Positions 8,168 to 18,790 of a DNA stretch of 64,000 bases are shown one piece after another. A program made the translations under genes and the position numbers. The stretch is from Vulcanimicrobiaceae bacterium (lineage in GTDB: Bacteria > Vulcanimicrobiota > Vulcanimicrobiia > Vulcanimicrobiales > Vulcanimicrobiaceae): the NCBI GenBank assembly GCA_035938175.1, contig DASZHD010000046.1, positions 9,294-73,293 on the forward strand, written 5' to 3'. Position 1 is the stretch's first letter. The number at the start of each line of letters is the position of its first letter. Under the pieces are notes generated by a model. The model worked only from the letters and a program-made list of their open reading frames with translations. It was not told the DNA's origin and searched no databases.

Positions 8168-9984
8168 TATTGCCCGACGTTCAGCGGCACAGTCATGGTT
8201 TGGCCGTCGTACTGAACGCGCACGGTCCACGGACCGCCCATCGAAAACACGACGCGTCCCGTGAACAGATGCGGATCGGAAGCGGATTGCGTGAGCGTCA
8301 CTTCGCGAGTCTGCATCGTGCTCGCACCCATTTGCATGATCGGAAGAACGCTGACGCTCTTCGGCGGAGTTCCTGGGAACCGGATCGATATCGTCGCCAT
8401 GTCGGTCGGCACGGCGGGATCGAACGTTACGACGGGCTTCGTGCCCGCCGAGCCGCCGTCCAAATTCGAGAGATACGTGACGATGCTCGAGACTTGATCG
8501 GTGGTGAAGCCGAAGTTCGGCATCGGCGGCTTAGGATTCACGATTGCATTTGCAATTTGCTCCGCGGTGAGCTTGTGCTCGATTCCGAAGAGCGCCGGAG
8601 CAACGCCGCCGCCGTGCAAACCCGCGCCGTGACAGCCTTCGCATCCGTTTGCCTGCACCAGCTTCGCACCCGCGTCAGCCGAAGCGGCGCCGGTTACGGC
8701 CTGCGGACTCGCCGACGGAACGGGCGCGGCACTTGGATCCGGGGGCGGTGCATTTGCTGCGAGCGTTTGGGCAGACGCCACGTGCAGGTTGGAAAGAAAG
8801 CGGCGGCCGTAGTCATACGGGCCGCCGTACGCCATTTGAAACGCGATCTGCGGACGCTGTCCCGGATATGTTGCCAGTTCGCCGATCAGCGCCAGGTTCG
8901 GTAAGACGTTATGCGCGACGTCCGCGACGACTTGCCGCGTCAGTGTGTCGCTCGAGGCAACGTCGTAGCGGAGTAACAGGTGGTTGCGCCATCCCAAATC
9001 GCGTTCCGCCTCGAAAAAGAATCCGTTCAACGGCACGTCGTACGCGCCGATATCCGGATTCGCGTCTTGCCCGTGATAGTACATCGATTGATAGTGCCAT
9101 GCGTCGGTTTGGTAAGCGAAATAGACGCCTTCGCGCGTGAAGGGCTGGGTGCCCAAGAACGCGCCGCTTGCCGGGTCGTTCAGCGGCGACCATCCGCGCA
9201 TGCCCACGAGCCCGACGCTCCAAGGAATGGACATGCCCCCGTACGACACGTTGAGGTCGATCGCGCGCGGATTGTTGGCCTGGTTGTAATCCAGTGCGTC
9301 GCCCGTGGAGCCGCTGCCCGTTAACCACGACACATTGTACATGAACTCGTTGGACATGCCGTTGAAGGCCGCGCCCCACCGCGCGTCATTGGGATTGAAC
9401 TGATTCTGGCCCGTGGTCTGAGCCGCGAGCAAATACGGGCTAATCGTCCACGCGTGGGCCGGCATAAACGGAAACGGGGTGTGAAATTTGCCGACCTGGA
9501 TCGAATTCGTGCCGTGCAGCAGGCCGTTCCAGGATATCCAGACCTGTTCGGTCTGCCCGATGACGCCGGAATCGATGACGTGCTGTTCGGCGTACCACGT
9601 AAAGTTGCGTCCCAAGAATCCGCCGCCCAGAAGCGAGAGGTCGGAAACCATCGTGCTTCCCGGATGATCTTTGTTTGCGAGGATCGATTGAATGTACAAG
9701 CGCGCTGAAATCGGGAGCGCGCGATCTTGCAGATGCCGGTTCAGGATTTGAAAATTCGACATCATGACCATCATGCCGTAGCGCGTCATTCCCGGAAACG
9801 TCGTGTGACAGGTTTCGCACGAAATGCCTTGCCCGTTGGCAAACACCGGAATAGCATCGGCGCGCTGCGCTGGAATGAATGCGAGAAGTGCGGCGGCGCC
9901 GAGTGCGCGCAGAACCGCAGCGTACGATGGGTGCATGGAGTGCCTCCGCGAGAATTCAGGCGCGTTCGCGTCGTAGGTTTCCAT
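8167..9984 (-). CDS. multidomain c-type cytochrome: N-terminal heme site, beta-barrel-like region, class-I cytochrome c domain, YtkA/FixH-like domain
   Basis: 605 aa. Signal peptide (ALLAFIPAQRADA) with CETCH directly after it. A region of about 380 aa rich in alternating aromatic/Gly strands follows, then a Pro/Ala linker. A second heme site CEGCHG has a downstream PPMP Met ligand region. The C-terminal Ig-like domain has a Met-rich segment (LPIMQMGASTM...GGPWTVRVQYDG). Confidence 0.75.
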   Translation of the reverse strand: METYDANAPEFSRRHSMHPSYAAVLRALGAAALLAFIPAQRADAIPVFANGQGISCETCHTTFPGMTRYGMMVMMSNFQILNRHLQDRALPISARLYIQSILANKDHPGSTMVSDLSLLGGGFLGRNFTWYAEQHVIDSGVIGQTEQVWISWNGLLHGTNSIQVGKFHTPFPFMPAHAWTISPYLLAAQTTGQNQFNPNDARWGAAFNGMSNEFMYNVSWLTGSGSTGDALDYNQANNPRAIDLNVSYGGMSIPWSVGLVGMRGWSPLNDPASGAFLGTQPFTREGVYFAYQTDAWHYQSMYYHGQDANPDIGAYDVPLNGFFFEAERDLGWRNHLLLRYDVASSDTLTRQVVADVAHNVLPNLALIGELATYPGQRPQIAFQMAYGGPYDYGRRFLSNLHVASAQTLAANAPPPDPSAAPVPSASPQAVTGAASADAGAKLVQANGCEGCHGAGLHGGGVAPALFGIEHKLTAEQIANAIVNPKPPMPNFGFTTDQVSSIVTYLSNLDGGSAGTKPVVTFDPAVPTDMATISIRFPGTPPKSVSVLPIMQMGASTMQTREVTLTQSASDPHLFTGRVVFSMGGPWTVRVQYDGQTMTVPLNVGQ

Positions 9985-10046
9985 GAAAAAGCGCTCCGTT
10001 CATTTCCGGAGCGCTTTTCGTGTCAACTACCGGGCATTCGAAGACG

Positions 10047-11087
10047 CTAATACTCGTCCCAGAATGCAACGTTAGGGAGCGATGCTCCGGTAGGATTGCC
10101 CGACCCGATCAGCACCCAAATCACTTCGTGCGAATACAACGGAATCTGCCGCATGTCGCCGTTCCAAACGGTATACAGGTTCGACGGTATCTCCGGCATG
10201 CCGTAATGCCCGCCGCGCCCCTGTTGGCCGGACGTGTACACGGTGATCGGTCCATTGAACGGGCCGAACTGCGACGGACCGACCGGAATGCCCCACAGCG
10301 CCAGAAAATCGCCGAGCGTATAGATCGTCCCGTCTTGCGAGACGCCGTTGGGGTTTGACGATTCGACGTGAATCGCGCCGCTTGGATCGTGGGTGTGCAG
10401 CTCGTAGAAGCAGCCCGGCTGTCCCGGATTTTGCGAGTTGTACGAATATTGCGTCCAGTTGGGGATGCCTTGATACGTGATGTCGCCTTGCGGATCGGCG
10501 ATCCCGACGCCGTCCGGCACCGCGATTTCGGAACCGTTGTAATAGACACCGAGGAACGCGTGCACGTGGTATCCCGGCGGTATCGGTCCGCTGTACATAC
10601 TCGAAAGACACGGAACGTTGTCCGGTCCGAACGTCGTGTTTATCGGACCCTGTCCGCCCGCAGGATAGTCTCCGTCTCCCGGATCTTTTCCGATTCCCTG
10701 CGTGAACAGGTCGTCGGTTCCGTTGACTTCACCGTGACCGTTTGTAACCGTCAGCGTGCCGTTCGGCGTCGGTGTTACGCCGGGCGTGGGTGTGGGCGTC
10801 GGCAGCGGCGTGGGCGTGACGACCGGTGTGGCGGTTGGAAGCGGCGTCGGCGTTACCGCCGGCGTTGCCGTGGGCGCGGGGCTTGCCGATCGCGCCGGCG
10901 TGGGACTGGATGCCGGCGAGGCGGACGTGCCCGGCGACGGGGTCGTCGAAGGACTTCCCGTCGGGCCTCCGCCAGGATTGGGAGACGGCCCGCCGACGGG
11001 CGGGCCGGTTCCGCCGCCTCCGCCGCACGCAGTAAGCAAAGCCAGAATAGCGCCAAGGGCGGCGCCGACGGTCACAGTACGACGCAT
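10047..11087 (-). CDS. lipoprotein with Pro/Thr-rich linker and HTHD-motif domain (paralog of 1855..2634)
   Basis: Lipoprotein signal with lipobox (MRRTVTVGAALGAILALLTAC) at the internal ATG at 11087. A long PT-rich linker (TPTPLPTATPVVTPTPLPTPTPTPG) follows. The C-terminal domain is shared with the 1855 ORF. Confidence 0.7.
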   Translation of the reverse strand: MRRTVTVGAALGAILALLTACGGGGGTGPPVGGPSPNPGGGPTGSPSTTPSPGTSASPASSPTPARSASPAPTATPAVTPTPLPTATPVVTPTPLPTPTPTPGVTPTPNGTLTVTNGHGEVNGTDDLFTQGIGKDPGDGDYPAGGQGPINTTFGPDNVPCLSSMYSGPIPPGYHVHAFLGVYYNGSEIAVPDGVGIADPQGDITYQGIPNWTQYSYNSQNPGQPGCFYELHTHDPSGAIHVESSNPNGVSQDGTIYTLGDFLALWGIPVGPSQFGPFNGPITVYTSGQQGRGGHYGMPEIPSNLYTVWNGDMRQIPLYSHEVIWVLIGSGNPTGASLPNVAFWDEY

Positions 11088-11309
11088 ACTAGCGTGATCG
11101 TAGCGGCGGCCTGTCAGAAAAAAGAGGTGCCGCGGGGGCGCCGCGGCTCCCCCAATCGACGGCCCTCCAGTGACCTTGGGCCCAATCGCGCGAACCCCGG
11201 AACCCGGGCTCTCGCGGCCGGGTCCAAAGGCGTGATAGAGAGACAAGGGGTGCACTTGCGCCCACGTCTAATATGGGGCGCCCACCCCCGAGAAAAGAGC
11301 TGACGCGTC

Positions 11310-11858
11310 ATGAGTGCCCGGTTGCCCGTCGAAAATAGCGATACCGTGAGTCTGGTTTGCGCGCTATTGGTGCGCTATCCGGAGATCGCGTCGATGCGCA
11401 GCGCCCCGGGTAACGGCACGCTCCGGTTTTCGTTCGCCGTCCAAAACCGCTTGGATCGCGCCACGCAGCGCGCGATCGTCGAGGAGATCGAGTCGCACGT
11501 TCACGCCTTTCTGTCGCTCTCGGGTGAGAACGGCGAAGTAAGCGTGGAGTGCGAATCCGACCGCGCGACGAGCTTCGTGCACGTCACGCGCGACCTCGAG
11601 ACGTTTTCTAAGGATGAGCTCGAGATGCTGACGGGGCTCTTTGCCGATCGATTCGGCGCGGCGCTCGTGCGCAACCCCGCGGCCGACGAGCATCCGGATG
11701 AAGATCCCGCGTGGCAAGACGAACTGGTCGAGGCGGCGATTGAAGCGCTGCGCGATCCGGAACAATCGAAAAGTCTCGTCGGATTCCGCGAAGAGAAACG
11801 GGTTCTCGTCTACTTCTTGAAATCTCAGAAGAAAGCGAAGGCTTCGGCTCGCAGGTAA
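11310..11858 (+). CDS. hypothetical acidic protein
   Basis: 182-aa ORF lying upstream of, and co-oriented with, ymdB. No motif recognised. Confidence 0.5.
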   Translation: MSARLPVENSDTVSLVCALLVRYPEIASMRSAPGNGTLRFSFAVQNRLDRATQRAIVEEIESHVHAFLSLSGENGEVSVECESDRATSFVHVTRDLETFSKDELEMLTGLFADRFGAALVRNPAADEHPDEDPAWQDELVEAAIEALRDPEQSKSLVGFREEKRVLVYFLKSQKKAKASARR

Positions 11859-11890
11859 CTAGCACGATTACACTCCTGCTGATCGGCGAC

Positions 11891-12652
11891 GTGGTTGGTT
11901 CGCCCGGCAGGGAGACGCTCAAGCGATGCGTTCCACTCGCCCGCGACCAGCATAACGTCGACCTTTGTATCGCCAACGGCGAAAACGCCGCCGGCGGTTT
12001 TGGATTGACCGTGCAAACCGCGCAAGAAATGTTCGAAGCGGGGGTCGACTTCATCACGAGCGGCAACCACATCTGGGACAAACGCGAGTTCCGCCAGCAT
12101 TTGGATACGAGCGACCGGATCATTCGGCCCGTGAACTATCCCCCCACGGCGCCGGGGCGCGGCTACGGCTATGCGCGGGCGAACGGCTCGACCGTTGGGA
12201 TCGTCAACGTGATGGGGCGCACGTTCATGCCGCCGGTGGACGATCCGTTCCGGGCGGTGGACGGCGCCGTCGACGATATGGCACTCCAGACGAAGCTGAT
12301 CGTGGTCGACGTCCACGCCGAGGCCACGAGCGAAAAAGTTGCATTAAGCCGGTTCCTTGACGGACGCGTCTCGGTAATCTACGGTACACATACGCACGTT
12401 CAAACGGCAGACGAACACATTTTGCCCGGCGGCACGGCGTATCTGACCGACGTGGGGATGACGGGCCCGACCGAAGGGGTGATCGGTATGGAAGCCGGTC
12501 CGGTGCTCGAGCGGTTCACGACCGGGTTTTCGGAGCGTTTCAGTGTGCAAAAGGCCGGAACCAAACAATTCTGCGCCGCTGTTGTTAGGATCGATGTGGA
12601 GTCCGGGCGCGCTACGGAAATCAAGCGCATCTTCCAGCGAGGCATAGCATGA
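11891..12652 (+). CDS. ymdB: YmdB-family metallophosphoesterase (2',3'-cyclic-nucleotide 2'-phosphodiesterase)
   Basis: LLIGDVVGSPGRE, NGENAAGGFG, TSGNHIWD and GTHTHVQTADE motifs. The family-typical LLLIGD lies just upstream of the GTG used by the ORF track, so the true start is probably a non-ATG codon near 11867. Confidence 0.85.
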   Translation: MVGSPGRETLKRCVPLARDQHNVDLCIANGENAAGGFGLTVQTAQEMFEAGVDFITSGNHIWDKREFRQHLDTSDRIIRPVNYPPTAPGRGYGYARANGSTVGIVNVMGRTFMPPVDDPFRAVDGAVDDMALQTKLIVVDVHAEATSEKVALSRFLDGRVSVIYGTHTHVQTADEHILPGGTAYLTDVGMTGPTEGVIGMEAGPVLERFTTGFSERFSVQKAGTKQFCAAVVRIDVESGRATEIKRIFQRGIA

Positions 12653-12945
12653 TACAGGATCCGGAAAAGCACATCACTACAAGCGTCCTCAAGGTCTCCG
12701 CGAAGAGCAATCCCAACTCCGTGGCCGGCGCTCTTGCCGCCGTACTGCGGGAGCGCGACTCAGCCGAACTACAGGCCGTCGGCGCCGGCGCCATCAATCA
12801 AGCGATCAAAGCGGTCGCAATAGCCCGAAGCTATTTGAAGACGAGCGGCATCGATCTGGTTTGCGTCCCTTCCTTTATAGATGTAGAAATCAACGGAAAC
12901 GAACGCACCGGGATTTCGCTGGCGATAGAACGCCGGATGGCATGA
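12649..12945 (+). CDS. spoVS: stage V sporulation protein S-like protein
   Basis: 98 aa. LKVSAKSNPNSVAGALAAVLRE...AVGAGAINQAIKAVAIAR is the SpoVS signature. An ATGA overlap with the ymdB stop reproduces the conserved ymdB-spoVS pair. Confidence 0.9.
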   Translation: MIQDPEKHITTSVLKVSAKSNPNSVAGALAAVLRERDSAELQAVGAGAINQAIKAVAIARSYLKTSGIDLVCVPSFIDVEINGNERTGISLAIERRMA

Positions 12946-12961
12946 TAGAACGTTAGGCGGC

Positions 12962-13765
12962 GTGATCGTCGATTTTCACTCCCACACCTGTGAGAGCGAC
13001 GGCACGCTGACACCCGCGGCGCTGTGCGAGTTCATGCGCGAGCGCGGGGTGCGCGTGTTCTCGATTACCGATCACGACACACTCGGCGCGTACGGCACGT
13101 TCGACGTGCCGGCTTCAATGCGCGTGGTGACCGGCATTGAGATAAACACGACGCACGCCGACAGCGAGGTGCACATCCTCGGCTACCGCTTGCCGACGTC
13201 GCACGCGGCGCTGCAAGAAGTGCTCGCTGGCAACCGCGCGGCGCGCCGTTCGCGCGTCGGAAAAATCGTCGCGCAGCTGCGCGAAGCGGGGCACGACATC
13301 TCGATGGCGCACGTGCAAGCCGAAGCCAACGAACGCGCTTCGCTCGGGCGGCCGCACGTCGGAAAGGCGCTAATCCGCCGCGGCATCGCGCCGGACATCG
13401 AAACGGCGTTCCGGAAATTTTTGCGCCGCGGAACGCCCGGATACGTTCCGTCGACGCACATGCGCCCGCACGACGCCATCGCGATCATCAAAGAGGCCGG
13501 CGGCGTACCCGTGCTCGCGCATCCCGGACGCCTGCGAGATTACGACATCATCGACGAGCTCGCGCAAGCCGGCTTGCGCGGATTAGAAGTCTTTTATCCC
13601 ACGCACGAGCCGATGCAAGTTCAGCATTTTCGCGATCGCGCGCACCGCCTCGGCTTGGTGATGACCGCCGGCTCGGATTTTCACGACATCCGCTATCACA
13701 AACGCGGCGTCGGCGTCGAGATCGACGAGGCGGACATTCGCCCTTTTCTGGATCTTGTGGCGTAG
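12962..13765 (+). CDS. PHP-domain phosphoesterase (TrpH/YciV-like)
   Basis: VDFHSHTCESDG at the N-terminus, ITDHDT, AHPGR and GSDFH motifs typical of PHP metal-dependent phosphatases. Confidence 0.85.
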   Translation: MIVDFHSHTCESDGTLTPAALCEFMRERGVRVFSITDHDTLGAYGTFDVPASMRVVTGIEINTTHADSEVHILGYRLPTSHAALQEVLAGNRAARRSRVGKIVAQLREAGHDISMAHVQAEANERASLGRPHVGKALIRRGIAPDIETAFRKFLRRGTPGYVPSTHMRPHDAIAIIKEAGGVPVLAHPGRLRDYDIIDELAQAGLRGLEVFYPTHEPMQVQHFRDRAHRLGLVMTAGSDFHDIRYHKRGVGVEIDEADIRPFLDLVA

Positions 13766-13768
13766 CTT

Positions 13769-13938
13769 GTCATGCTGCCGCGTGTCATGCTGAGGTATCG
13801 AAGCACTCTGAGGAATCGAAGGGCCCCGCATTGTCATGCTGAGGTATCGAAGCACCCTGAGGAATCGAAGGGCCCCGCATTGTCATGCTGAGGCATCGAA
13901 GCACCCTGAGGCAGCGAAGGGCCCCTCTCCCCTCGCAA
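13769..13938 (+). repeat. 49-nt repeat family, tandem array (one partial and three full units)
   Basis: Units start at 13769 (partial), 13784, 13833 and 13882, giving an exact 49-nt period. The consensus is gtcatgctgaggNatcgaagcaccctgaggaatcgaagggccccgcatt. Confidence 0.9.
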
Positions 13939-14087
13939 CCGCGCCCGACGTTTCGCATCCGTGCGAAACGCTGGCCTACTGAATTGAGCGCTTCACCCCA
14001 CATCCGTGTTTAGGCGCTCAATTCAGATGCTTGCGAGGGGAGAGGGGCCCTTCGCTGCCTCAGGGTGCTTCGATGCCTCAGCATGAC
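13882..14087. repeat. perfect 57-bp inverted repeat enclosing a 92-bp double-hairpin core (MITE-like or structured-RNA element)
   Basis: 13882..13938 is the exact reverse complement of 14031..14087. The core holds a 9-bp stem (13949-57 with 13962-70) and a 13-bp stem (13979-91 with 14014-26). Confidence 0.85.
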
Positions 14088-14155
14088 GAGCGATGCTGCA
14101 GCATGACAAGGGGCGGCGAGCCGAGAAGCAAGCGTCCCACAAGGAGACCCAAAGC

Positions 14156-16816
14156 GTGAAGCGCCTCGCCGCCGGTATACTCGCCGGCTTTTTGTTATCC
14201 AGTTCGGGTGTGATGGCGCAAACGGCGCCCGCACAAGACGGCAACGTCGTCCGCGAAACGCTCGCCAACGGCTTGCGCGTCGTCATCGTGCGCGATCGGC
14301 TTGCGCCGGTTGCCACCACGAATATTTCGTACGGCGTCGGATCCGACGACGACACGATGCCCGGCATCGCGCACGCGACCGAGCATATGATGTTCCGCGG
14401 GACGCACGACGTCACGCCCGGGCAGTTCACGATTATGACGGCGCGGGCGGGTGCGCAGTACAACGCCGGCACCGGCAACTACGCGACGCAGTACTATTTC
14501 AAACTTCCGTCGATGTACGTCGGGCTCGCGCTGCGTTTGGAAGCGGATCGCATGACCGGCGCACGGGAGCTCGCGTCGGACTGGAATACCGAGCGCGGCG
14601 CCATCGAACAAGAGGTTCGAGCTCATGAAAGCGTGCCAACCGCCAAGGTTTTGGGCAAAATGCGCCGGGCGGTTTTCGGCGACACGCCGTACGCGCAGGA
14701 CGGCGTCGGAACCGTCGCAAGCTTTGAAAAGATGCGCGCTTCGGATATCGCGCAGTTCTACCACACCTGGTACCACCCGAATAACGCGACGCTAATCGTC
14801 ACCGGCTACGTCGATCCAACGCAGATCCTTGCGCAAATTCACCGCTATTTCGATCCCATACCGAGTGTGCCGTTGCCGCAGCATCACAGCTACGCGTTCG
14901 GCGCGCTGGATGCCTCGACGCTTCGCGACACGATTGCGGAACTGCCGGTGCCGGTGGTGGCCGAAACGTACCGCATGCCTGCGCTGGGTGCGCCGGACTA
15001 TATGGCGGGACAAATTCTCTCGCTCGTGCTCAACAACGTGCGCGGCGGTTTCGGACAGTTGCAGACGAAAGGTCAGATTCTGGGTGCGGGCGCCGTCGCG
15101 GGTGCGTACTCGGACGTCGGCACGATGATCGTCGTCGGCTTCGGTCTACCGGGGACCCAGCCCGAGGGTACGCAAAGCGCCATCGACGGCGTGTTGGAGA
15201 CGTACCGCACCGGCGGCGTTCCCAGCGATCTGATCGAAACGGCGAAACTGCGGATGCTCAGCCAGCAGCAATACCAACGATCCTCGATCAGCGGGCTTGC
15301 AGACTGGTGGTCGAACGCGCTCTCGCTCGGATACGATTCTCCCGACGACATCCTCAGCAAAGTCGCCGCCGTCACACCGGCCGACGTGGATCGCGTTTTC
15401 CGGCAGTACATCGATCCCAAGCATGCGGTGTCGATGCTGCTGCAGCCGAAGTCGGTGACGTCGCTGCCGCACGTGGATCCCAACGCAAACAAAGAAGACG
15501 TACAATATCCGGTAGACAAAGACGAACCGCTGCCGCCGTGGGCAAAAGCCTATTTTACGGCGCCGCTCACGGTGCCGGCAGAGGACGGCGCCGCTTCGGC
15601 GTTCACGCTTCCCAACGGCCTGCGCCTCACCGTCCAGCGAGAGCCGTTCGCGCCTACCGTTGCGCTCGAGGGAACGATCCGGATGAGTTCGCAGCTGTAC
15701 GAGCCCAAAGGCAAAGACGGCGTGAGCGATATCACCGCGACGCTGTTGCAATGGGGAACCTCGACCTACGATCGAGCGGCGTTCCAAGCGCAGCTGGATG
15801 CAATTGCGTCCTCGGTAAGCTTGGGATCGTCGTTCGGGCTGGAATCGCAAAGCGCGAATCTGGACCGTTCGCTGCAGTTGCTCGCCGACGGGATGCTGCA
15901 TCCGGCGTTCGCGGATGCCTCGTTCGAAGTGGTGAAGGGCAACACCGAACGGACGCTCGCAGCGGTGGAGCATCTGCCTTCGACGCAGGCCGCAATCGCC
16001 CAAACCAACGCGCTGTATCCCATCGGCGATCCGCGCCGCCGGCGCGCAACGGCCGCGACCGTCGCTTCGGTGACGCTGCAGGACGTGAAAAAGTGGTACG
16101 CGTTTGCGTACCGGCCGGATTTGACGACGATCGCCATCGTCGGCGACGTCTCTCCCGCCGAAGCGAAAGCGGCGGTCGAACGGTATTTCGGCCAATGGCA
16201 CGCACACGGGCCACGACCGCCGTTCATCTTCCCGCGCTTGAAGTCGCACGCGAGCCGGTCGGTGACGGTCACTTCGAGCACGAGCACGCAATCGCAAGTC
16301 ACGCTCACGCAGATTATCAACGTCCATCGCGGCGATCCCGATTACATTCCGCTGCAGCTCGCCGACACGATTCTTTCGGGCGAAGGCACCGGGTCGATGC
16401 TGTTCCAGGATCTGCGCGAGAAGAACGGCTACGTGTATGACGTCAGTTCCGAGATGGATATCGGCTTGTCCAGCTCCACGTTCTCGATCGATTTTGCATC
16501 GGATCCGAAAAACGTCGAACGCGCGCAAGCCGCGGCGGTGGCGGACATTCGCCGCTTGCAGACCGCGTTGATTCCGACGGAGCAATTGCAACGCGCGAAG
16601 GCCCTGTTGCTGGCGGAACGCGTCTTACCGCTGGACAGTTACGAGGGCATCGCCGGGGACATTTTGGAAGCGGCGCGGAGCGGCATCAGCAGCGCCGAAG
16701 ACGCCGCCTTCTGGAACGCGCTGCTGCATACGACGCCGGATCAAGTGCGCGCGGCGATGCGCCGGTGGGTGAAGCCCGAAGGATTTACGCGCGTTATGGT
16801 GGCGCCGGGATCATGA
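14156..16816 (+). CDS. tandem-module M16 (pitrilysin/insulinase) family zinc peptidase, secreted
   Basis: HxxEH zinc motif (HATEHMMFRG) and two M16 active/inactive domain pairs. I place the start at GTG 14156, preceded by AAGGAG, which yields a signal peptide (KRLAAGILAGFLLSSSGVMAQ). The longer ORF-track start lies inside repeat DNA. Confidence 0.85.
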   Translation: MKRLAAGILAGFLLSSSGVMAQTAPAQDGNVVRETLANGLRVVIVRDRLAPVATTNISYGVGSDDDTMPGIAHATEHMMFRGTHDVTPGQFTIMTARAGAQYNAGTGNYATQYYFKLPSMYVGLALRLEADRMTGARELASDWNTERGAIEQEVRAHESVPTAKVLGKMRRAVFGDTPYAQDGVGTVASFEKMRASDIAQFYHTWYHPNNATLIVTGYVDPTQILAQIHRYFDPIPSVPLPQHHSYAFGALDASTLRDTIAELPVPVVAETYRMPALGAPDYMAGQILSLVLNNVRGGFGQLQTKGQILGAGAVAGAYSDVGTMIVVGFGLPGTQPEGTQSAIDGVLETYRTGGVPSDLIETAKLRMLSQQQYQRSSISGLADWWSNALSLGYDSPDDILSKVAAVTPADVDRVFRQYIDPKHAVSMLLQPKSVTSLPHVDPNANKEDVQYPVDKDEPLPPWAKAYFTAPLTVPAEDGAASAFTLPNGLRLTVQREPFAPTVALEGTIRMSSQLYEPKGKDGVSDITATLLQWGTSTYDRAAFQAQLDAIASSVSLGSSFGLESQSANLDRSLQLLADGMLHPAFADASFEVVKGNTERTLAAVEHLPSTQAAIAQTNALYPIGDPRRRRATAATVASVTLQDVKKWYAFAYRPDLTTIAIVGDVSPAEAKAAVERYFGQWHAHGPRPPFIFPRLKSHASRSVTVTSSTSTQSQVTLTQIINVHRGDPDYIPLQLADTILSGEGTGSMLFQDLREKNGYVYDVSSEMDIGLSSSTFSIDFASDPKNVERAQAAAVADIRRLQTALIPTEQLQRAKALLLAERVLPLDSYEGIAGDILEAARSGISSAEDAAFWNALLHTTPDQVRAAMRRWVKPEGFTRVMVAPGS

Positions 16817-17395
16817 CAGCGAGGCGTTGACCGAGTCGCGCAGCGATTTCAACGCTTCGGCCGCTTTACGCCGCAACTCGTCGAGCTCGGCGGATTGCGT
16901 TCGAATCGCGTCTTCGTCTTTCATGAACTTGTGATTGATCCGCACGTTGTACGCGCACGCTTCGAGTGCGGCATAGCCGAATTCGGCGGCGCACCCGACG
17001 TCACTGATCAAATTCGCATTCTGCAAGCTCAGCGCAACCGCGGCGAGTTCGAGAACGCGTAAAGCGGCTCGCGCGCCTTCCAGCGGAACGGAAGCCGCCG
17101 CGTGCAGCGCTCGTTGCATTGCCGCTTTGTCGCCGCGCGCTGCCACGACGGCGGCGTATGCGCGTTCGTCCTGCGCTCGCAGTACCATCGTCTGCTCGCG
17201 TAAACCGTCGGCATCCGCAACGAGCCGGCGGGCGGCCTCGTGAACGCCGGAGTACTTCGGACTCGACGCGCAAATTCGCGCGACCATAGCGACCAAGCTG
17301 CAGCCTGCTGCCGCGACCACCATTGCCGCGCTGCCGCCCCCGGGAGCGGGTTCTTCGGACGCCAGCTGTGTGAGATAGTCGTTAAGAGTGAGCAC
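16811..17395 (-). CDS. cyclodeaminase/cyclohydrolase family protein (FTCD C-terminal-like, methenyl-THF cyclohydrolase-like)
   Basis: LASEEPAPGGGSAAMVVAAAGCSLVAMVARI is typical of the formiminotransferase-cyclodeaminase C-domain family. I prefer the GTG at 17395, because the 17485 start would leave only 22 bp to the divergent ahcY. Confidence 0.75.
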   Translation of the reverse strand: MLTLNDYLTQLASEEPAPGGGSAAMVVAAAGCSLVAMVARICASSPKYSGVHEAARRLVADADGLREQTMVLRAQDERAYAAVVAARGDKAAMQRALHAAASVPLEGARAALRVLELAAVALSLQNANLISDVGCAAEFGYAALEACAYNVRINHKFMKDEDAIRTQSAELDELRRKAAEALKSLRDSVNASLS

Positions 17396-17405
17396 GCCAG
17401 GGTGA

Positions 17406-18785
<1,380 letters not shown>

Positions 18786-18790
18786 CGCGC

